Part shown: piece by piece, positions 46,915 through 57,914 of the stretch
How positions within the stretch are numbered: the stretch's first letter is position 1
How the letters are laid out: each line of letters starts with the position of its first letter
Origin: Clostridiales bacterium
GTDB lineage: Bacteria; Bacillota; Clostridia; Oscillospirales; Oscillospiraceae
Direction: 5' to 3'
Length of the DNA stretch: 64,000 nt
NCBI GenBank assembly: GCA_022774865.1
Contig: JALFLH010000031.1
Span: 26,225 to 90,224 of the forward strand
Made by a program: the position numbers and the translations under genes
The notes under the pieces: generated by a model
The model's input: the letters and a program-made list of their open reading frames with translations, nothing else
What the model was told of the DNA's origin: nothing
Database searches by the model: none

Positions 46915-48759
46915 TCAATAGGCACGTACTTCGTAGATTCTGGCGGTTTCGTAACCGTGAGTGGCGGTAACGGTAATCCGGATTGTGTCGCAGGTGACGG
47001 GAGCATCCAGATCCAAAACGTTCAGACGGTGTCCGTTGTTCTCAACCGCCCGGTTCCAGACCACCTGACCGTCCCGCAGAGCCTCCACGGTATAATCCTT
47101 TACCAATTCGGGGGGCAGCCCTTTTACCTGACGGTTCCGAACGTTCCGGGTCATGGAGGGCATAATTTCCCGGGTCAGGTTGGGATCAAAGGTCAGCCGG
47201 ATCTGACTGACAGGCGCGGCTTTCCCCAGCGTCAAAGTCAGTTGGGCGTTGGTCAGATCTTGGGACTCCCAGGCGTTTTCCTGCTTGCCCACCCGGCGGG
47301 CCACACCGTTGATGACGTTGGCGGGCTCACAGCCCGCTTTCCACGAGGAAGCGGTAACGAATGCGCTGCGGCACAGGTCACCGGGATCATGGTTGGAAAA
47401 GCCGGGAATGTAGCAGTCGTCCTTCAGCAGGGTTTGCTGCAGCTCGTCGATGTGGGCGCCCATTTCCCGGGGCTCGCAGCCGTGCTGGATGGCCAACGCC
47501 GCGGCAGTACCGGCAGCCTGACCGCCCACCGCGCAGGTGCCCATGACACGGGTGGAGCCGAACGCGGTTTTGGTGGTGCTGATATCCCGGCCGGCCATCA
47601 TCAGATTCGGTACGTCCTTGCTGTAGAAGCAGCGGTAGGGAATGGTGTAGCAGCCGTCATAATTCAGAATCCGGCTGGGTACTTTATCGAAGTCGAAAAT
47701 ACCTTTGACAGTGTGCTGATCCATTTGCCACCCGCCGTATGCCACGGCGTCATCAAAGACGCGGTTTGCGCGAACGTCGTTTTCATTCAGCAGATAGTCG
47801 CCCTCCAGACGGCGGCTTTCCCGGTAGCCGGGCACCATACCCACCCAATCCAGATCCAGATTGTCGACGCCATGGTCGCCCTGATTTTTCAGATGATCCC
47901 ACACACCGTAAACGCATTTGATCAGTTCGTCCCGGATGTCCTCTCCCTGGCGGATGATGTCGTCCCAGTCGCCGCCGACCTCAATCCACCAGTAGCCGTT
48001 GTCCACGTTGGAAAAATGGGGCAGACGGCCGGAGCCTTCCTCAAACGCGATCAGCGCGCCACCGTCGGCGTGGGAGCCGATGGAATTGCTGTGCTCCCGG
48101 TATTTGAGCTGCTCTTCGGTAAAGGTGTAGGCCCATTTCGGCTTTTCAAAGACGACCTTTTCACCCCGGTCAATGGCGCTGAACATCACGGTATTGCCCA
48201 TGGTGTCGGTGTTGGCCATATCGGGCGCGTCCGGCTCGTTGAATTCCGACCTGCTTTCGGTGCCCAGACGGCTGCCGCACCCGGCCATCACACCCAGCGT
48301 GCCGTGTCCCGTGGCATCGATGAAGATTTTGCCGCTGAGCCGGATCTCGGTTTCCGTGGTGTTCTGGTGGCAGATGATGGTCTGAATACGGCCATCCTCC
48401 ATTACCACGTCATCCATGTTGGTATTCAGATAGGTGTCCAGATTCTCCTGATACCGGACGGTTTCCCAGAGAATGGAGTCAAAAACCGGGAAGGAAGCAT
48501 AGGGATTGCGGCGCTTGTTTTCCAGCAGCATTTCCATCAGGATGCCGGTTTCGGCCAGGTCGGGCTTGGCGGCATGGGAGCTGGCGCCCACAATATGCAT
48601 CCGGATTTCCGAGCTGGCGTTTCCGCCGAATACGCTCCGGTTCTGGACAATGGCGGTTTTTGCGCCGTGCCGGGCGGCAGCAATGGCGGCGCACATCCCG
48701 CTGAGACCGCCGCCGACAACAACAACCTCATAGGTTTTTGTAATCAGGTTGATGGACAT
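46915..48759 (-). CDS. FAD-dependent oxidoreductase with C-terminal beta-sandwich extension, paralog 2
   Basis: YEVVVVGGGLSGMCAAIAAARHGAKTAIVQNRSVFGGNASSE. Colinear with the 55971-57875 paralog, including the roughly 150-aa C-terminal domain (ARIYEVRAY versus IRVFEVRAY). Confidence 0.8.
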   Translation of the reverse strand: MSINLITKTYEVVVVGGGLSGMCAAIAAARHGAKTAIVQNRSVFGGNASSEIRMHIVGASSHAAKPDLAETGILMEMLLENKRRNPYASFPVFDSILWETVRYQENLDTYLNTNMDDVVMEDGRIQTIICHQNTTETEIRLSGKIFIDATGHGTLGVMAGCGSRLGTESRSEFNEPDAPDMANTDTMGNTVMFSAIDRGEKVVFEKPKWAYTFTEEQLKYREHSNSIGSHADGGALIAFEEGSGRLPHFSNVDNGYWWIEVGGDWDDIIRQGEDIRDELIKCVYGVWDHLKNQGDHGVDNLDLDWVGMVPGYRESRRLEGDYLLNENDVRANRVFDDAVAYGGWQMDQHTVKGIFDFDKVPSRILNYDGCYTIPYRCFYSKDVPNLMMAGRDISTTKTAFGSTRVMGTCAVGGQAAGTAAALAIQHGCEPREMGAHIDELQQTLLKDDCYIPGFSNHDPGDLCRSAFVTASSWKAGCEPANVINGVARRVGKQENAWESQDLTNAQLTLTLGKAAPVSQIRLTFDPNLTREIMPSMTRNVRNRQVKGLPPELVKDYTVEALRDGQVVWNRAVENNGHRLNVLDLDAPVTCDTIRITVTATHGYETARIYEVRAY

Positions 48760-48760
48760 T

Positions 48761-49792
48761 TCAGTTCCCCTCCGCCGCTACAAGCACTTTGATGGATTCG
48801 GCGCTGGTCTGCATTTTGATGGCATCCTCCAGCCGGGATACGGGAAACCGGTGGGTAATCAGCGGCTTCAGCTTCAGCCGGCCGGAGGCGATCAGAGCCA
48901 CAGCCCGGCTGTGGGTATCCGGATTCACAAAGGAACCAAGGATGGTCAGTTCTTTCTGGTAAATGGCGTACAGGCTGGTTTGCAGCAGCGCCTCGGGGTG
49001 GGGAACACCAAAGAGGACAATGCGGCCGCAGCGCCGGGCCGCGTCAATGGCCTGGGCGGCGGTGCGGGGGGAACCGACGCATTCAATGACCACATCGGCG
49101 CCGTCAGTCCCCAGAATCTCGGAAAGCCGCTGGTTCAGGTTTTCGTTCAGCGGATCAATAGCACCGTCGGCGCCCAGTTCCAGCGCCAGCTTCCGGCGCA
49201 TTTCCACCGGCTCACTGAGCACTGCCTTTGCCGCGCCCGCGGCCTTTGCAAGCTGAAGCATCATCTGTCCGATGGTGCCGCCGCCCACAACCAGTACGTT
49301 TTCACCGGGGCGGATACCTGCCCGGTCGATGCCGTGCAGGCAGCAGGCCAGCGGCTCGGTCAGCGCGGCCAGCTCCGGGTCGACGCCTTCCGGGACGGGA
49401 ACGCACTGTTCATAGGGCACCAGACAGTAGTCGGCAAACCCGCCGTCCATGGTAACGCCAACGGCCTTCATATGCAGACAGGTCTGCTTCTGACCCTGAC
49501 GGCAGGAAGGACAGGTTCCGCAATAAATGTTGGGGTCCACGGTCACAAGCTGGCCGGGCTTCAGACCACTGACACCCGGGCCAATCTGCTCCACAACGCC
49601 GGAAAATTCGTGACCCAGAATCACCGGCGGCGTGACATCGGCGGAGCCTTTGCCGCCTTGATAGATGTGGACGTCTGTTCCGCACACGCCACAGGCGGCA
49701 ACGCGCAGCAGAACCTGCCCCGCGCCCGGCGCGCCAAGATGCAGCGGACGGACTTCTATTGTTTGATTTCCAAGAAAATAAGCGCCAATCAT
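48761..49792 (-). CDS. zinc-dependent alcohol/polyol dehydrogenase (MDR family)
   Basis: GVCGTDVH, GHEFSG, the structural-Zn Cys cluster CGTCPSCRQGQKQTC and GGGTIG. Confidence 0.9.
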   Translation of the reverse strand: MIGAYFLGNQTIEVRPLHLGAPGAGQVLLRVAACGVCGTDVHIYQGGKGSADVTPPVILGHEFSGVVEQIGPGVSGLKPGQLVTVDPNIYCGTCPSCRQGQKQTCLHMKAVGVTMDGGFADYCLVPYEQCVPVPEGVDPELAALTEPLACCLHGIDRAGIRPGENVLVVGGGTIGQMMLQLAKAAGAAKAVLSEPVEMRRKLALELGADGAIDPLNENLNQRLSEILGTDGADVVIECVGSPRTAAQAIDAARRCGRIVLFGVPHPEALLQTSLYAIYQKELTILGSFVNPDTHSRAVALIASGRLKLKPLITHRFPVSRLEDAIKMQTSAESIKVLVAAEGN

Positions 49793-49805
49793 TGGAATTT
49801 CCTCC

Positions 49806-50633
49806 TTATTCTGAAGCGGAATCCTGGGGATTCAGCAGGTATTTCTCAATCATGGGCTGCGTCAGAAACGCAGCGGAAAACGCTACGAAGCTGTAAAGAA
49901 AGCAGGGAACCAGAACCAGATCCGCCAGCATACACCCAATGCCCAGCACGGCTGCGATCAGAATGACCAACAGCGGCCGCCAGGGCTTCAGCAGGGCGAG
50001 TGAAAGGCAATTGCGCAGCAGCGCGCCGAAGGGTAGCTCAACCGTGACCATGACGGGGTAGAGATAGACCCGTACCATGGCATAAATCAGGACGAGAAAC
50101 AGCCACAGAATCCGAAGAACCGCCCCCAGATTTCCGAAGGCTGTTACGCCGTCCACCAGATAGTAGAGCGTGGAAAAGCAGACAACGGCATCCGCAAGCC
50201 CAATGGGCAGAGCCTGTTTCCAGTTTTCTTTCCATGCCTGCCGGAATCCGGGCCAGAACAGCCCCGGCCGATCCCAGGCACAGTTCAACGCCGCGTAGCT
50301 CAGCGCTGCGGTTGCCGGGCCGAGCAGCACAACGGACACCCCTACCAGCAGCGCCAGCAGCCAGCTCGGCCAGCTCATCACCGCGTAGAGCAGAACAGAA
50401 CCCAGCAGGGAAACTACGCTGCCCGTGGCCTGCGCCAGCACACCGTTGATCAGAGACATCATCCATACATAGATGGGAAGGGTAAGAACGGCATATACCA
50501 GATTGAGCTGAAGCAGCTTCAAAAAGTTACGCCCATATCGTTTCCAGAACCGGACAAAGGGATGATAACGGCTGTCGTCCACGCAGTCGTTTCCCGGCCG
50601 GGTAAAATCCAAAAAGCCTGGCAAATCGCCCAA
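49806..50633 (-). CDS. YesL-family (DUF624) membrane protein
   Basis: FWKRYGRNFLKLLQLNLVYAVLTLP pattern and 5-6 TM helices. TTG start 8 nt after AAGGAGG. Confidence 0.75.
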   Translation of the reverse strand: MGDLPGFLDFTRPGNDCVDDSRYHPFVRFWKRYGRNFLKLLQLNLVYAVLTLPIYVWMMSLINGVLAQATGSVVSLLGSVLLYAVMSWPSWLLALLVGVSVVLLGPATAALSYAALNCAWDRPGLFWPGFRQAWKENWKQALPIGLADAVVCFSTLYYLVDGVTAFGNLGAVLRILWLFLVLIYAMVRVYLYPVMVTVELPFGALLRNCLSLALLKPWRPLLVILIAAVLGIGCMLADLVLVPCFLYSFVAFSAAFLTQPMIEKYLLNPQDSASE

Positions 50634-50696
50634 ACCAAACGCCTCCTTTTTTGCGGATAAGCCGCCGGGAGCGGGAAACTCCCGGCGGTAGGATTG

Positions 50697-52067
50697 TCAG
50701 TCGCCGACGAACGCGCCCTGCGCGGTCAATGTCCGGCGCAACGCGGCAACGTCCACATCTCTGGGGCAAATGCCCGCGGCTGCGGCCATGGCGGCGGCTG
50801 TTCCGGCAGCCTGACCGAAAGCCATGCAGCTCGGCATCATGCGGATGGCGGAGCCGGCCATGGCGTCGGCGGAGATCGCCCGGCCTGCGACCAGAAGATT
50901 GTCCACGCCCTTTGCCACCAGACAGGGGTAGGGAACGGTAAAGTAGGGGCCGGCGGTGGGCACGTGCAGTGTCCCGCCGGGATTGTCCTTGTTGTGGGTA
51001 TCCATGTTGGTGGCCATGCAGGCGATGGCATTGTCATGCACCTTGCAGGCAAATACTTCCGCGCCGGTGAGCCGGTATTCGCCCTCAATGTGGCGGGTTT
51101 CCCGGATGCCGATGGTGTCGCCGGTTTCCACCAGCACCGCATTCTGGAAACCGTCGGCGTGCTTTTTCAGGAAGTTGAATACATGATAGCACTGTTCCTG
51201 CCCGATTCTGGTGGCGCGGGTCAGATCCGCGGCTTTTGTGCCGTCCACATTCAGAATCCGGGAGCAGTTCAGGCGGCAGAAGCCTTTCTCAACATCGGCA
51301 TAGACGCCGATTTCAGCGCGGGGGAAGTCGCCCCAATCTTCCGGGTATTGCTTGATCAGCCAGCTATAAGGGCCATAGAAGGGGCGGATTTCTTCCCGGT
51401 GGCGGCGCATTTCAGCACTGACCCGGTCAAAATCCACATTGGCCAGCCGGACGAACATGGAGGCGGGCTGGATATTTCCGTCCTCTTCGTTGCCGGTGAC
51501 AAACCGGACGCCTGAACGGGCAGCCACATCGGCATCGCCGGAGCAATCCACCACAACGTTGGCCTCCACGCAGGACAGCCCGTCCTTGTTGGCGATGACC
51601 ACGCCGGTAATCCGGTCGCCGTCCTTGATAACGTCCACAAACTGGGTGTGCAGCAGCAGCTCGGCGCCGGATTCTTCGATCATCCGCATACCGATCAGCT
51701 TGAAAGCGCTGGCATCGAAAGGCGTCACATTGTTGTGGCCGATGCGGTAGTAGCTGGAATAAGGTTGCTCATTGCGGACAAGGCCGGGCTGAACAGCCCC
51801 GCCGATATCCGCCATCCGGTTGACCAGCTCCTTAAAAATGCCCCGGATGACCATGTGCCTGGCGGGGGCGTCATAGCTCGTCATAAACGGGCCGACCAGA
51901 CCTGCGGTGGCCATGCCGCCGATACAGCCGCCGGCGTCAAACACCAATGCCTTTGCCCCGTTCCGGGCGGCGGAAACCGCTGCACCCAGTCCGGCAGGGC
52001 CGGCTCCAACCACCACCACGTCTACCCGGCGGCGGACAGGTAGTTCTTGCTGAAAATGTACGGACAT
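50697..52067 (-). CDS. FAD-dependent oxidoreductase (PF12831-like), paralog 3
   Basis: VDVVVVGAGPAGLGAAVSAARNGAKALVFDAGGCIGGM. RBS GGGAGGA. Confidence 0.8.
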   Translation of the reverse strand: MSVHFQQELPVRRRVDVVVVGAGPAGLGAAVSAARNGAKALVFDAGGCIGGMATAGLVGPFMTSYDAPARHMVIRGIFKELVNRMADIGGAVQPGLVRNEQPYSSYYRIGHNNVTPFDASAFKLIGMRMIEESGAELLLHTQFVDVIKDGDRITGVVIANKDGLSCVEANVVVDCSGDADVAARSGVRFVTGNEEDGNIQPASMFVRLANVDFDRVSAEMRRHREEIRPFYGPYSWLIKQYPEDWGDFPRAEIGVYADVEKGFCRLNCSRILNVDGTKAADLTRATRIGQEQCYHVFNFLKKHADGFQNAVLVETGDTIGIRETRHIEGEYRLTGAEVFACKVHDNAIACMATNMDTHNKDNPGGTLHVPTAGPYFTVPYPCLVAKGVDNLLVAGRAISADAMAGSAIRMMPSCMAFGQAAGTAAAMAAAAGICPRDVDVAALRRTLTAQGAFVGD

Positions 52068-52140
52068 TGAGAAAATTCCTCCCGTTTTTCAGAGAAGGCG
52101 GGATTCCGAGGAATCCCGCCTTGTAAAGTTTGTGAATGAA

Positions 52141-53730
52141 TCAGCCGTAGAACTCGTCGTACCAGGTCTGCAGATCGTTGCGGACATCCTCGCCGCCGGC
52201 ATTCTTCCAGTCGGCCATGAAGGTATCCAGATCATCAATGGTGCGGGTTCCGGACATGACCTGAAGGATGTAATCCTGCAGGCTGTTGAACAGCGTGGTG
52301 TTGTAGGTGGTGTAATTCTCCTTGGCAGGCATGAAGGCGAAGGTGTTGGGCACGAAGATGCTCTGATCGGCGTTCATGGTGACAGCGGAGAACGCGTGCC
52401 ACTGACCCTCGGACTTACGGACACGGGCGGGCCACTCATATTCGAATTCCTTCTGGTTGGTGACATCGACATACCAGTAGGAGTTGCCGCGCTCCTGTGC
52501 GAAAATCGGGTTGATAGGCGCAATCTGGTGGTTCTCGTCGTAGTTGAAGTGTACGCCCTCTTCACCGATCATGATGTAAAGCTGATCCTTAATACGCAGG
52601 TTCCACCAGTTCACAACGTCGGCGGCATTCTGAGAGGACTTGGGGATGCAGGCGACCATGTTGAAAGCTTCGGTGCTCTGATAGGTGCAGGTGCCGTCGG
52701 AGCCCTTCAGCGCGGAGATGTAACCCAGATCGTCCCAATCCAGACCCAGGTTCTCGATCAGGGCGGCGGAGCAGAAGTCGGACAGCGCGCGGTTGCCGCA
52801 GGTGATGATGGCCTTGCCGGAGGTGAACTTCTCTTTCAGGGTGGAATCAGTGTTGATGGCCCAGTCGGGATCGATCAGACCTTCATTATACAGCTTCTGC
52901 AGGAACGCGATCATGTCGGGGAAGCCTTCGGCCTCGGTCATGTAGTAAACCTTGCCATTCTCATCGACCATCCAGTCGTTGTAGATGCCGAATGCGCAGG
53001 CGAGGGTCTTGGGGATGACCCAGTTTTCGTTGCCCTCAGAGGCGGGTCTGAAGGGACCGGCCAGAATGATGTACTCGTCGCCGTAGTACTGCTTCAGCGT
53101 AACCAGGCAGTCATAGAACTCATCAATGGTGGTGGGGACTTCGGTAATGCCGGCGGCCTTCAGCAGATCCATACGGGCGATCATGAACATGGCGATTTCC
53201 TTGGAATGGGGGTACATATAGGGAACGCCGTAGATGTGGCCGTCATCGCCGCGGACGGCATTCCAGACGGTCTCAGAGTTGCCGGCCAGAATGTCCTGAC
53301 CATAGACCTCCAGCAGATCGTCCAGAGGCTGCAGGGCGCCCTGGGCAACCAGCGTACGCCACTGGTTGACGGAGGCACTGACAACGTCGTAATCGGCACC
53401 GCCGGAGATGTCCATCAGCAGCTTCTCGTCCGCGTTCTCAGCGGGGAGCATATAATACTCAGCGTGATAACCGGTGGATTCTTCCAGAACCTGCGCGTTG
53501 ATGTCGGTATTGGGATCAAACGCAACGTTGTAGCCCAGACGCTTCAGGGTAACGTTGCCGGGGCCCTTCAGGGCGGGGACATTGGGCTGCTCGGAGGAGC
53601 TTCCTTCTGTGCCGGCGCTGTTGTCTTTGACGGGGGACTTGGGATCGGTTGCGGCGGGGGCCTTTGTGCCGCAGGCGGCAAGGCTCAGTACCATAACCAG
53701 ACAGAGGAACAGTGCGAATACCTTTTTCAT
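52141..53730 (-). CDS. extracellular solute-binding lipoprotein of a carbohydrate ABC transporter (LplA-like)
   Basis: Lipobox signal MKKVFALFLCLVMVLSLAAC, 529 aa. Confidence 0.85.
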   Translation of the reverse strand: MKKVFALFLCLVMVLSLAACGTKAPAATDPKSPVKDNSAGTEGSSSEQPNVPALKGPGNVTLKRLGYNVAFDPNTDINAQVLEESTGYHAEYYMLPAENADEKLLMDISGGADYDVVSASVNQWRTLVAQGALQPLDDLLEVYGQDILAGNSETVWNAVRGDDGHIYGVPYMYPHSKEIAMFMIARMDLLKAAGITEVPTTIDEFYDCLVTLKQYYGDEYIILAGPFRPASEGNENWVIPKTLACAFGIYNDWMVDENGKVYYMTEAEGFPDMIAFLQKLYNEGLIDPDWAINTDSTLKEKFTSGKAIITCGNRALSDFCSAALIENLGLDWDDLGYISALKGSDGTCTYQSTEAFNMVACIPKSSQNAADVVNWWNLRIKDQLYIMIGEEGVHFNYDENHQIAPINPIFAQERGNSYWYVDVTNQKEFEYEWPARVRKSEGQWHAFSAVTMNADQSIFVPNTFAFMPAKENYTTYNTTLFNSLQDYILQVMSGTRTIDDLDTFMADWKNAGGEDVRNDLQTWYDEFYG

Positions 53731-53789
53731 TTTGCGATCTCCTTTTTTAGATTTTTTTATTTATACTGCATCGTGCAGCAAAATACGGA

Positions 53790-54689
53790 TTAGCCCTTGA
53801 CGGAGCCGATGGTGATGCCTTTAATCAGGAAACGCTGGACAAAGGGGTAGAGCAGAATAATGGGGATGATGGACAGGGTGACCGCCGCGGCAGTCAGACC
53901 TTCGGGGGTAATGTTGCTGGTCAGGGTGCCGCCTGCCATGTTTTCCAGATAACCGGACCCGCTCTGAATCAGGTTGTACAGGTAAACCTGCAGCGTCTGC
54001 ATACTGGGGGACTGGGTGTACATCATGGCGTGAAAGTAGTTGTTCCAGTAGTTGATGGCGTACAGCAGGGCGACCGTGGCGATCACGGGGGTGGACATGG
54101 GGCAGACAATGGAAACCAGAATTCTCAAATCACCTGCGCCGTCAATGCGGGCGGACTCTTCGATGGTTTCCGGCAGACCCTCAAAATAGTTCTTCACAAT
54201 GAACATATTAAATTGCACAATCGCAAAGGGAAGAATCATGGCGGCGTAGGTGTCCTTGATGCCGAGCATCTGAATCACCATGTAGGCGGGAATCATGCCG
54301 CCGAAGAAAACCATGGAAAACACGTACAGAAGGGTAATGACCTTGCGGCCCTTGAATTGGGGCTTGGACAGGGGATAGGCGGTGGTGACGCTGGCGATCA
54401 CGCTGACGGCCGTACCGACAATGGTGACGATCAGTGTGTTTTTCAGGGCGTTGAAGAAATCGGTCTGGAAGAGGATGTACTTGATGGTTTCCAACTGGAA
54501 GCCCTTCGGCCAGAAATTGACCAGACCGGCGGTGACGTAGGTGCCTTTGCTGAATGCCTTACTGACCACGTGCAGACAGGGAAGAATGGCAACCAGGGCG
54601 AAGACCGTCATCAGGATGTAGGCGAATATGGTTACAAATTTTTCACTGGCATCCATTGCGATGCCGTGACCAATGTGTTTCTTTTTCAC
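53790..54689 (-). CDS. carbohydrate ABC transporter permease (LplC-like)
   Basis: BPD_transp_1 EAA-type loop (ESARIDGAGDLRI). Start placed at GTG 54689, 8 nt after AAGGAGG; the track start at 54722 overlaps the upstream gene. Confidence 0.85.
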   Translation of the reverse strand: MKKKHIGHGIAMDASEKFVTIFAYILMTVFALVAILPCLHVVSKAFSKGTYVTAGLVNFWPKGFQLETIKYILFQTDFFNALKNTLIVTIVGTAVSVIASVTTAYPLSKPQFKGRKVITLLYVFSMVFFGGMIPAYMVIQMLGIKDTYAAMILPFAIVQFNMFIVKNYFEGLPETIEESARIDGAGDLRILVSIVCPMSTPVIATVALLYAINYWNNYFHAMMYTQSPSMQTLQVYLYNLIQSGSGYLENMAGGTLTSNITPEGLTAAAVTLSIIPIILLYPFVQRFLIKGITIGSVKG

Positions 54690-54702
54690 GTTGCCGGCCT
54701 CC

Positions 54703-55695
54703 TTACCAAATGCTTCGGCCAAGAGTCTTTTTGCTTACGGTGTTCGCCCCAACGATCAGGATGAAGGCGATAACCGCGTTGAACAGACCCAGAGCTGTTG
54801 CCAGTGAGAAGTCTGCCTGACCCATGCCGATTCGGTAGACATAGGTTTCGATGATGTCTGCCACGTCGTAGACGGCGGGGCTGTAGAAAACCAGAACCTG
54901 CTCAAAGCCGGTGGTCAGGATGTAGCCGACCTTCATAATGAGCATCAGGATGATGGTGGGAAGCAGCCCAGGAAGAGTAATGCTCCAGATCTGCTGGAAT
55001 TTGTTGGCGCCGTCGACCCGCGCGGCTTCATACAGCGTGACGTCGATGCCGGTGATGGCGGCCAGATAAATCACGGTATTGTAGCCGACTTCCTTCCAGC
55101 CTTCCGTAAAGACCAGCACACTGCGGAACACGCTTTGATCGCCAAAGAAATTGATCCGGGAGCCGCCGAGCGCGGTGATGACGGTGTTAATGATACCGTA
55201 GGAGCCGAGCAGAGAATAGAAGATACCGAAGATCAGAACCCAGGAGAAGAAATAGGGAACGTAGATCAGAGTCTGGCACAGCTTCTGGTAGAGCTTATTG
55301 CGGATTTCGTTGAGAAGAATGGCACACAGAATGGGGATTGGGAACAGCCACAGGATTTTCAGGAAATTGATTTCCAGCGTGTTCAATAGAACTTTTATAA
55401 ACTGGGAACTGCCGAACAGCCGCTTGAAATGCTTGAGGCCAACCCACTTGCTGGCTGCGATTGCGCTCCACGGGTCGCTTGCGGCAAAGATTTTGTAATC
55501 CTTAAAGGCGATTTGCAGACCCCACAGAGGAAGCAGCTTATAGATGAACAGGAAGAACAGACCGGGGATCAGCATCACATACAAAACCCAGTGCTGCCGC
55601 AGATAGTACCCGAGACTGCGCATTTTCTGGGCAAGAAGAGAACCGGTCGTGGGTGCGGCTTTGCTTGTCAGAGCGTTTTGGGGAGGTGTGGTCAT
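54703..55695 (-). CDS. carbohydrate ABC transporter permease (LplB-like)
   Basis: YLMLIPGLFFLFIYKLLPLWGLQIAFKDY N-terminus and EAA loop (EAARVDGANKFQ). RBS AAGGAG. Confidence 0.88.
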   Translation of the reverse strand: MTTPPQNALTSKAAPTTGSLLAQKMRSLGYYLRQHWVLYVMLIPGLFFLFIYKLLPLWGLQIAFKDYKIFAASDPWSAIAASKWVGLKHFKRLFGSSQFIKVLLNTLEINFLKILWLFPIPILCAILLNEIRNKLYQKLCQTLIYVPYFFSWVLIFGIFYSLLGSYGIINTVITALGGSRINFFGDQSVFRSVLVFTEGWKEVGYNTVIYLAAITGIDVTLYEAARVDGANKFQQIWSITLPGLLPTIILMLIMKVGYILTTGFEQVLVFYSPAVYDVADIIETYVYRIGMGQADFSLATALGLFNAVIAFILIVGANTVSKKTLGRSIW

Positions 55696-55970
55696 AGAGC
55701 TCGCTCCTTTTCTATTGAGGATCTGCTTGGAATTTGTACTGATATCGTACCATCAAAAATGCACAGAGTAAATATCTCGATATTTTGATTTGTTGTTCAA
55801 AATTTAAAAGATGTTCACATATCCGTTAAACGACGTCAAAATTATATTTCAGAAATAGTGCATATTGAACAAAATCTGGCTGGGATTTGCGCTATCCCGG
55901 ACGGAAGGGTGCCCCAACTTTCGACAGAATAGCAACTGCGGCGGAATGCCTCTTCCGCCGCAGTGCGTTT

Positions 55971-57875
55971 TCAGTAAGCGCGAACCTCGAAAACCCGAAT
56001 GTCGGGACAGCCGTTGGTTGCCTGTGCCAGAATCTCCAGACGGTCGGCCAGCACCGGGTTATCCAGATTCAGAACGTTCAGCCGCTGGTAATTTCCTGCC
56101 ACCTTCTGCTCCCACACCTGCTCACCGGCGCGGAACGCCCGGGCGGTATAATCCCGCAGCAGCGACTTCGGAACGCCGACGGGCTCTTTTTCCAGAAACG
56201 CCTTGGAGACGGAGATGCACCGCTCCTCGGACAGGTCTGGGTCCAGCGTCAGGCGTACCTGATGAAGCTCCACCGGGGCATCCCAGGACAGTTGCAGCCA
56301 TTCCCCACCGGCCCGCAAGCCATCGGAGCACCACAGGTTGGTATCGCCGCCTTCTTCGGTACGGGCAATGCCGCTGATGACCTTCACCGCTTCATAGCCG
56401 GGCTTCTCGGAGGAAGCGGTGACGGCGGCTTTGCGGGCGTGGTCCGCCTCATCACAGTTTTGAATCCCGGGGATATAGCAGTCATTTTTCAGGAGCCGCT
56501 GCTGCAGCTCGTGGATATGCGCCTTGCCAAAGGCCCGGGGAGACAGCCCCCGGGCAACAGCCATGGCGGCAGCGGTGCCCACGGCCTCGCCGCCCACAGC
56601 GCAGGTGGCCATGACCCGGGTGGAGCCCATGGCCAGCTTGGAGGCGCTGATGTCCCGGCCGGCCATCATCAGATTGGAGATGTTGGAGGAACAGTAGCAG
56701 CCGTAGGGAATGGTGTAGAGCCCCGGGAAGCTGCGCACCCGGGAGGGGATGGAGCCTTTGGCCCTGAAGCCGCCGGCCACGTGTTCGTCCATGGGCCAGC
56801 CGCCGTAGGCAACGGCATCGGGATGACGGCTGTTGGCCAGTATTTCCTGCTCGGTGAGAACGTGGTCGCCCAGCAGGCGGCGGCTTTCCCGGGTGCCGGG
56901 CATATTGCCGACCCAGACCAGCTCATAGTTCTCCGCACCGTGGTCACCGCCGTTTTTGATGTGATCCCAAACTCCGTAGATGGTTTTGTACAGTTCATAG
57001 CGGATTTCCTCGGCCTGACCGATGATGTCCTTCCAGTCGCCGCCCAGCTCAATCCACCAGTAGCCCGATTTTACATCGTATTTTTCCACCAACTGATCGG
57101 CGTGGTCAGAATAGTCCTCGCCCGGCTTCAGCACCACCACGTCATCCGCGTCGTGGTAGACGACGATATCGCCGTGATAGCGGTGAACGAAATCGCTTTC
57201 ATCGAAAGTGTAGGCCCAGGAGGGTTTCGTAAATTTGACGGGATGGCCCCGGTCCTCGGCCACGAAGTAGATGGTGTTGCCCATGGTTTCACCGTCCGGG
57301 ACGTCGGGCGCGTCCTTTTCGCCGTAGGTGGATTTGTCCTCACGGCCGATGGCGTATTCCGCACCGGCGAAGTAACCCAGCGTGCCGTTGCCGGTGCAGT
57401 CCAGATAGATTTTGCCGTCCAGCCGGAATCGGCGCTCGGTTGTCATCTGGTAGCAGTCCACACACTGAATCTGCTTGCCGTTGGAGAAAACCCGCTCCAT
57501 GGTGGTGTTCATATAGACGGTCAGATTCTCCGTCTGCATGGCGGCGGACCAGAGGACGCCGTCCCAGATGGAATAGTTATAGCTGTCGTTGAGATATTTG
57601 TTTTCCAGTTGCAGCTCCATCAGAATGCCTGTTTCCGAGGCGTTTTTCTTGCCCCAGTGGCAGGATGCGCCGGAGATGTGCATTCTGGTTTCCGAACTGG
57701 CGTTCCCGCCGAATACGCTCCGATCCTGCACAAGAACGGTTTTGGCACCCTCACGGGCGGAAGCAATGGCGGCGCACAGGCCGCTCATGCCGCCGCCGAT
57801 GACAACCACGTCAAAGCTCTGCGCAATGGGGGGATTCTGAGAGGCCGTGGGAATTTCCTGAATAAATCGCTCCAT
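55971..57875 (-). CDS. FAD-dependent oxidoreductase with C-terminal beta-sandwich extension, paralog 4
   Basis: FDVVVIGGGMSGLCAAIASAREGAKTVLVQDRSVFGGNASSE. Colinear with 46915-48759. Confidence 0.8.
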   Translation of the reverse strand: MERFIQEIPTASQNPPIAQSFDVVVIGGGMSGLCAAIASAREGAKTVLVQDRSVFGGNASSETRMHISGASCHWGKKNASETGILMELQLENKYLNDSYNYSIWDGVLWSAAMQTENLTVYMNTTMERVFSNGKQIQCVDCYQMTTERRFRLDGKIYLDCTGNGTLGYFAGAEYAIGREDKSTYGEKDAPDVPDGETMGNTIYFVAEDRGHPVKFTKPSWAYTFDESDFVHRYHGDIVVYHDADDVVVLKPGEDYSDHADQLVEKYDVKSGYWWIELGGDWKDIIGQAEEIRYELYKTIYGVWDHIKNGGDHGAENYELVWVGNMPGTRESRRLLGDHVLTEQEILANSRHPDAVAYGGWPMDEHVAGGFRAKGSIPSRVRSFPGLYTIPYGCYCSSNISNLMMAGRDISASKLAMGSTRVMATCAVGGEAVGTAAAMAVARGLSPRAFGKAHIHELQQRLLKNDCYIPGIQNCDEADHARKAAVTASSEKPGYEAVKVISGIARTEEGGDTNLWCSDGLRAGGEWLQLSWDAPVELHQVRLTLDPDLSEERCISVSKAFLEKEPVGVPKSLLRDYTARAFRAGEQVWEQKVAGNYQRLNVLNLDNPVLADRLEILAQATNGCPDIRVFEVRAY

Positions 57876-57914
57876 AGTTCCGGTTCCTTTCTCGTCTGAA
57901 GATGAAGGACAGCT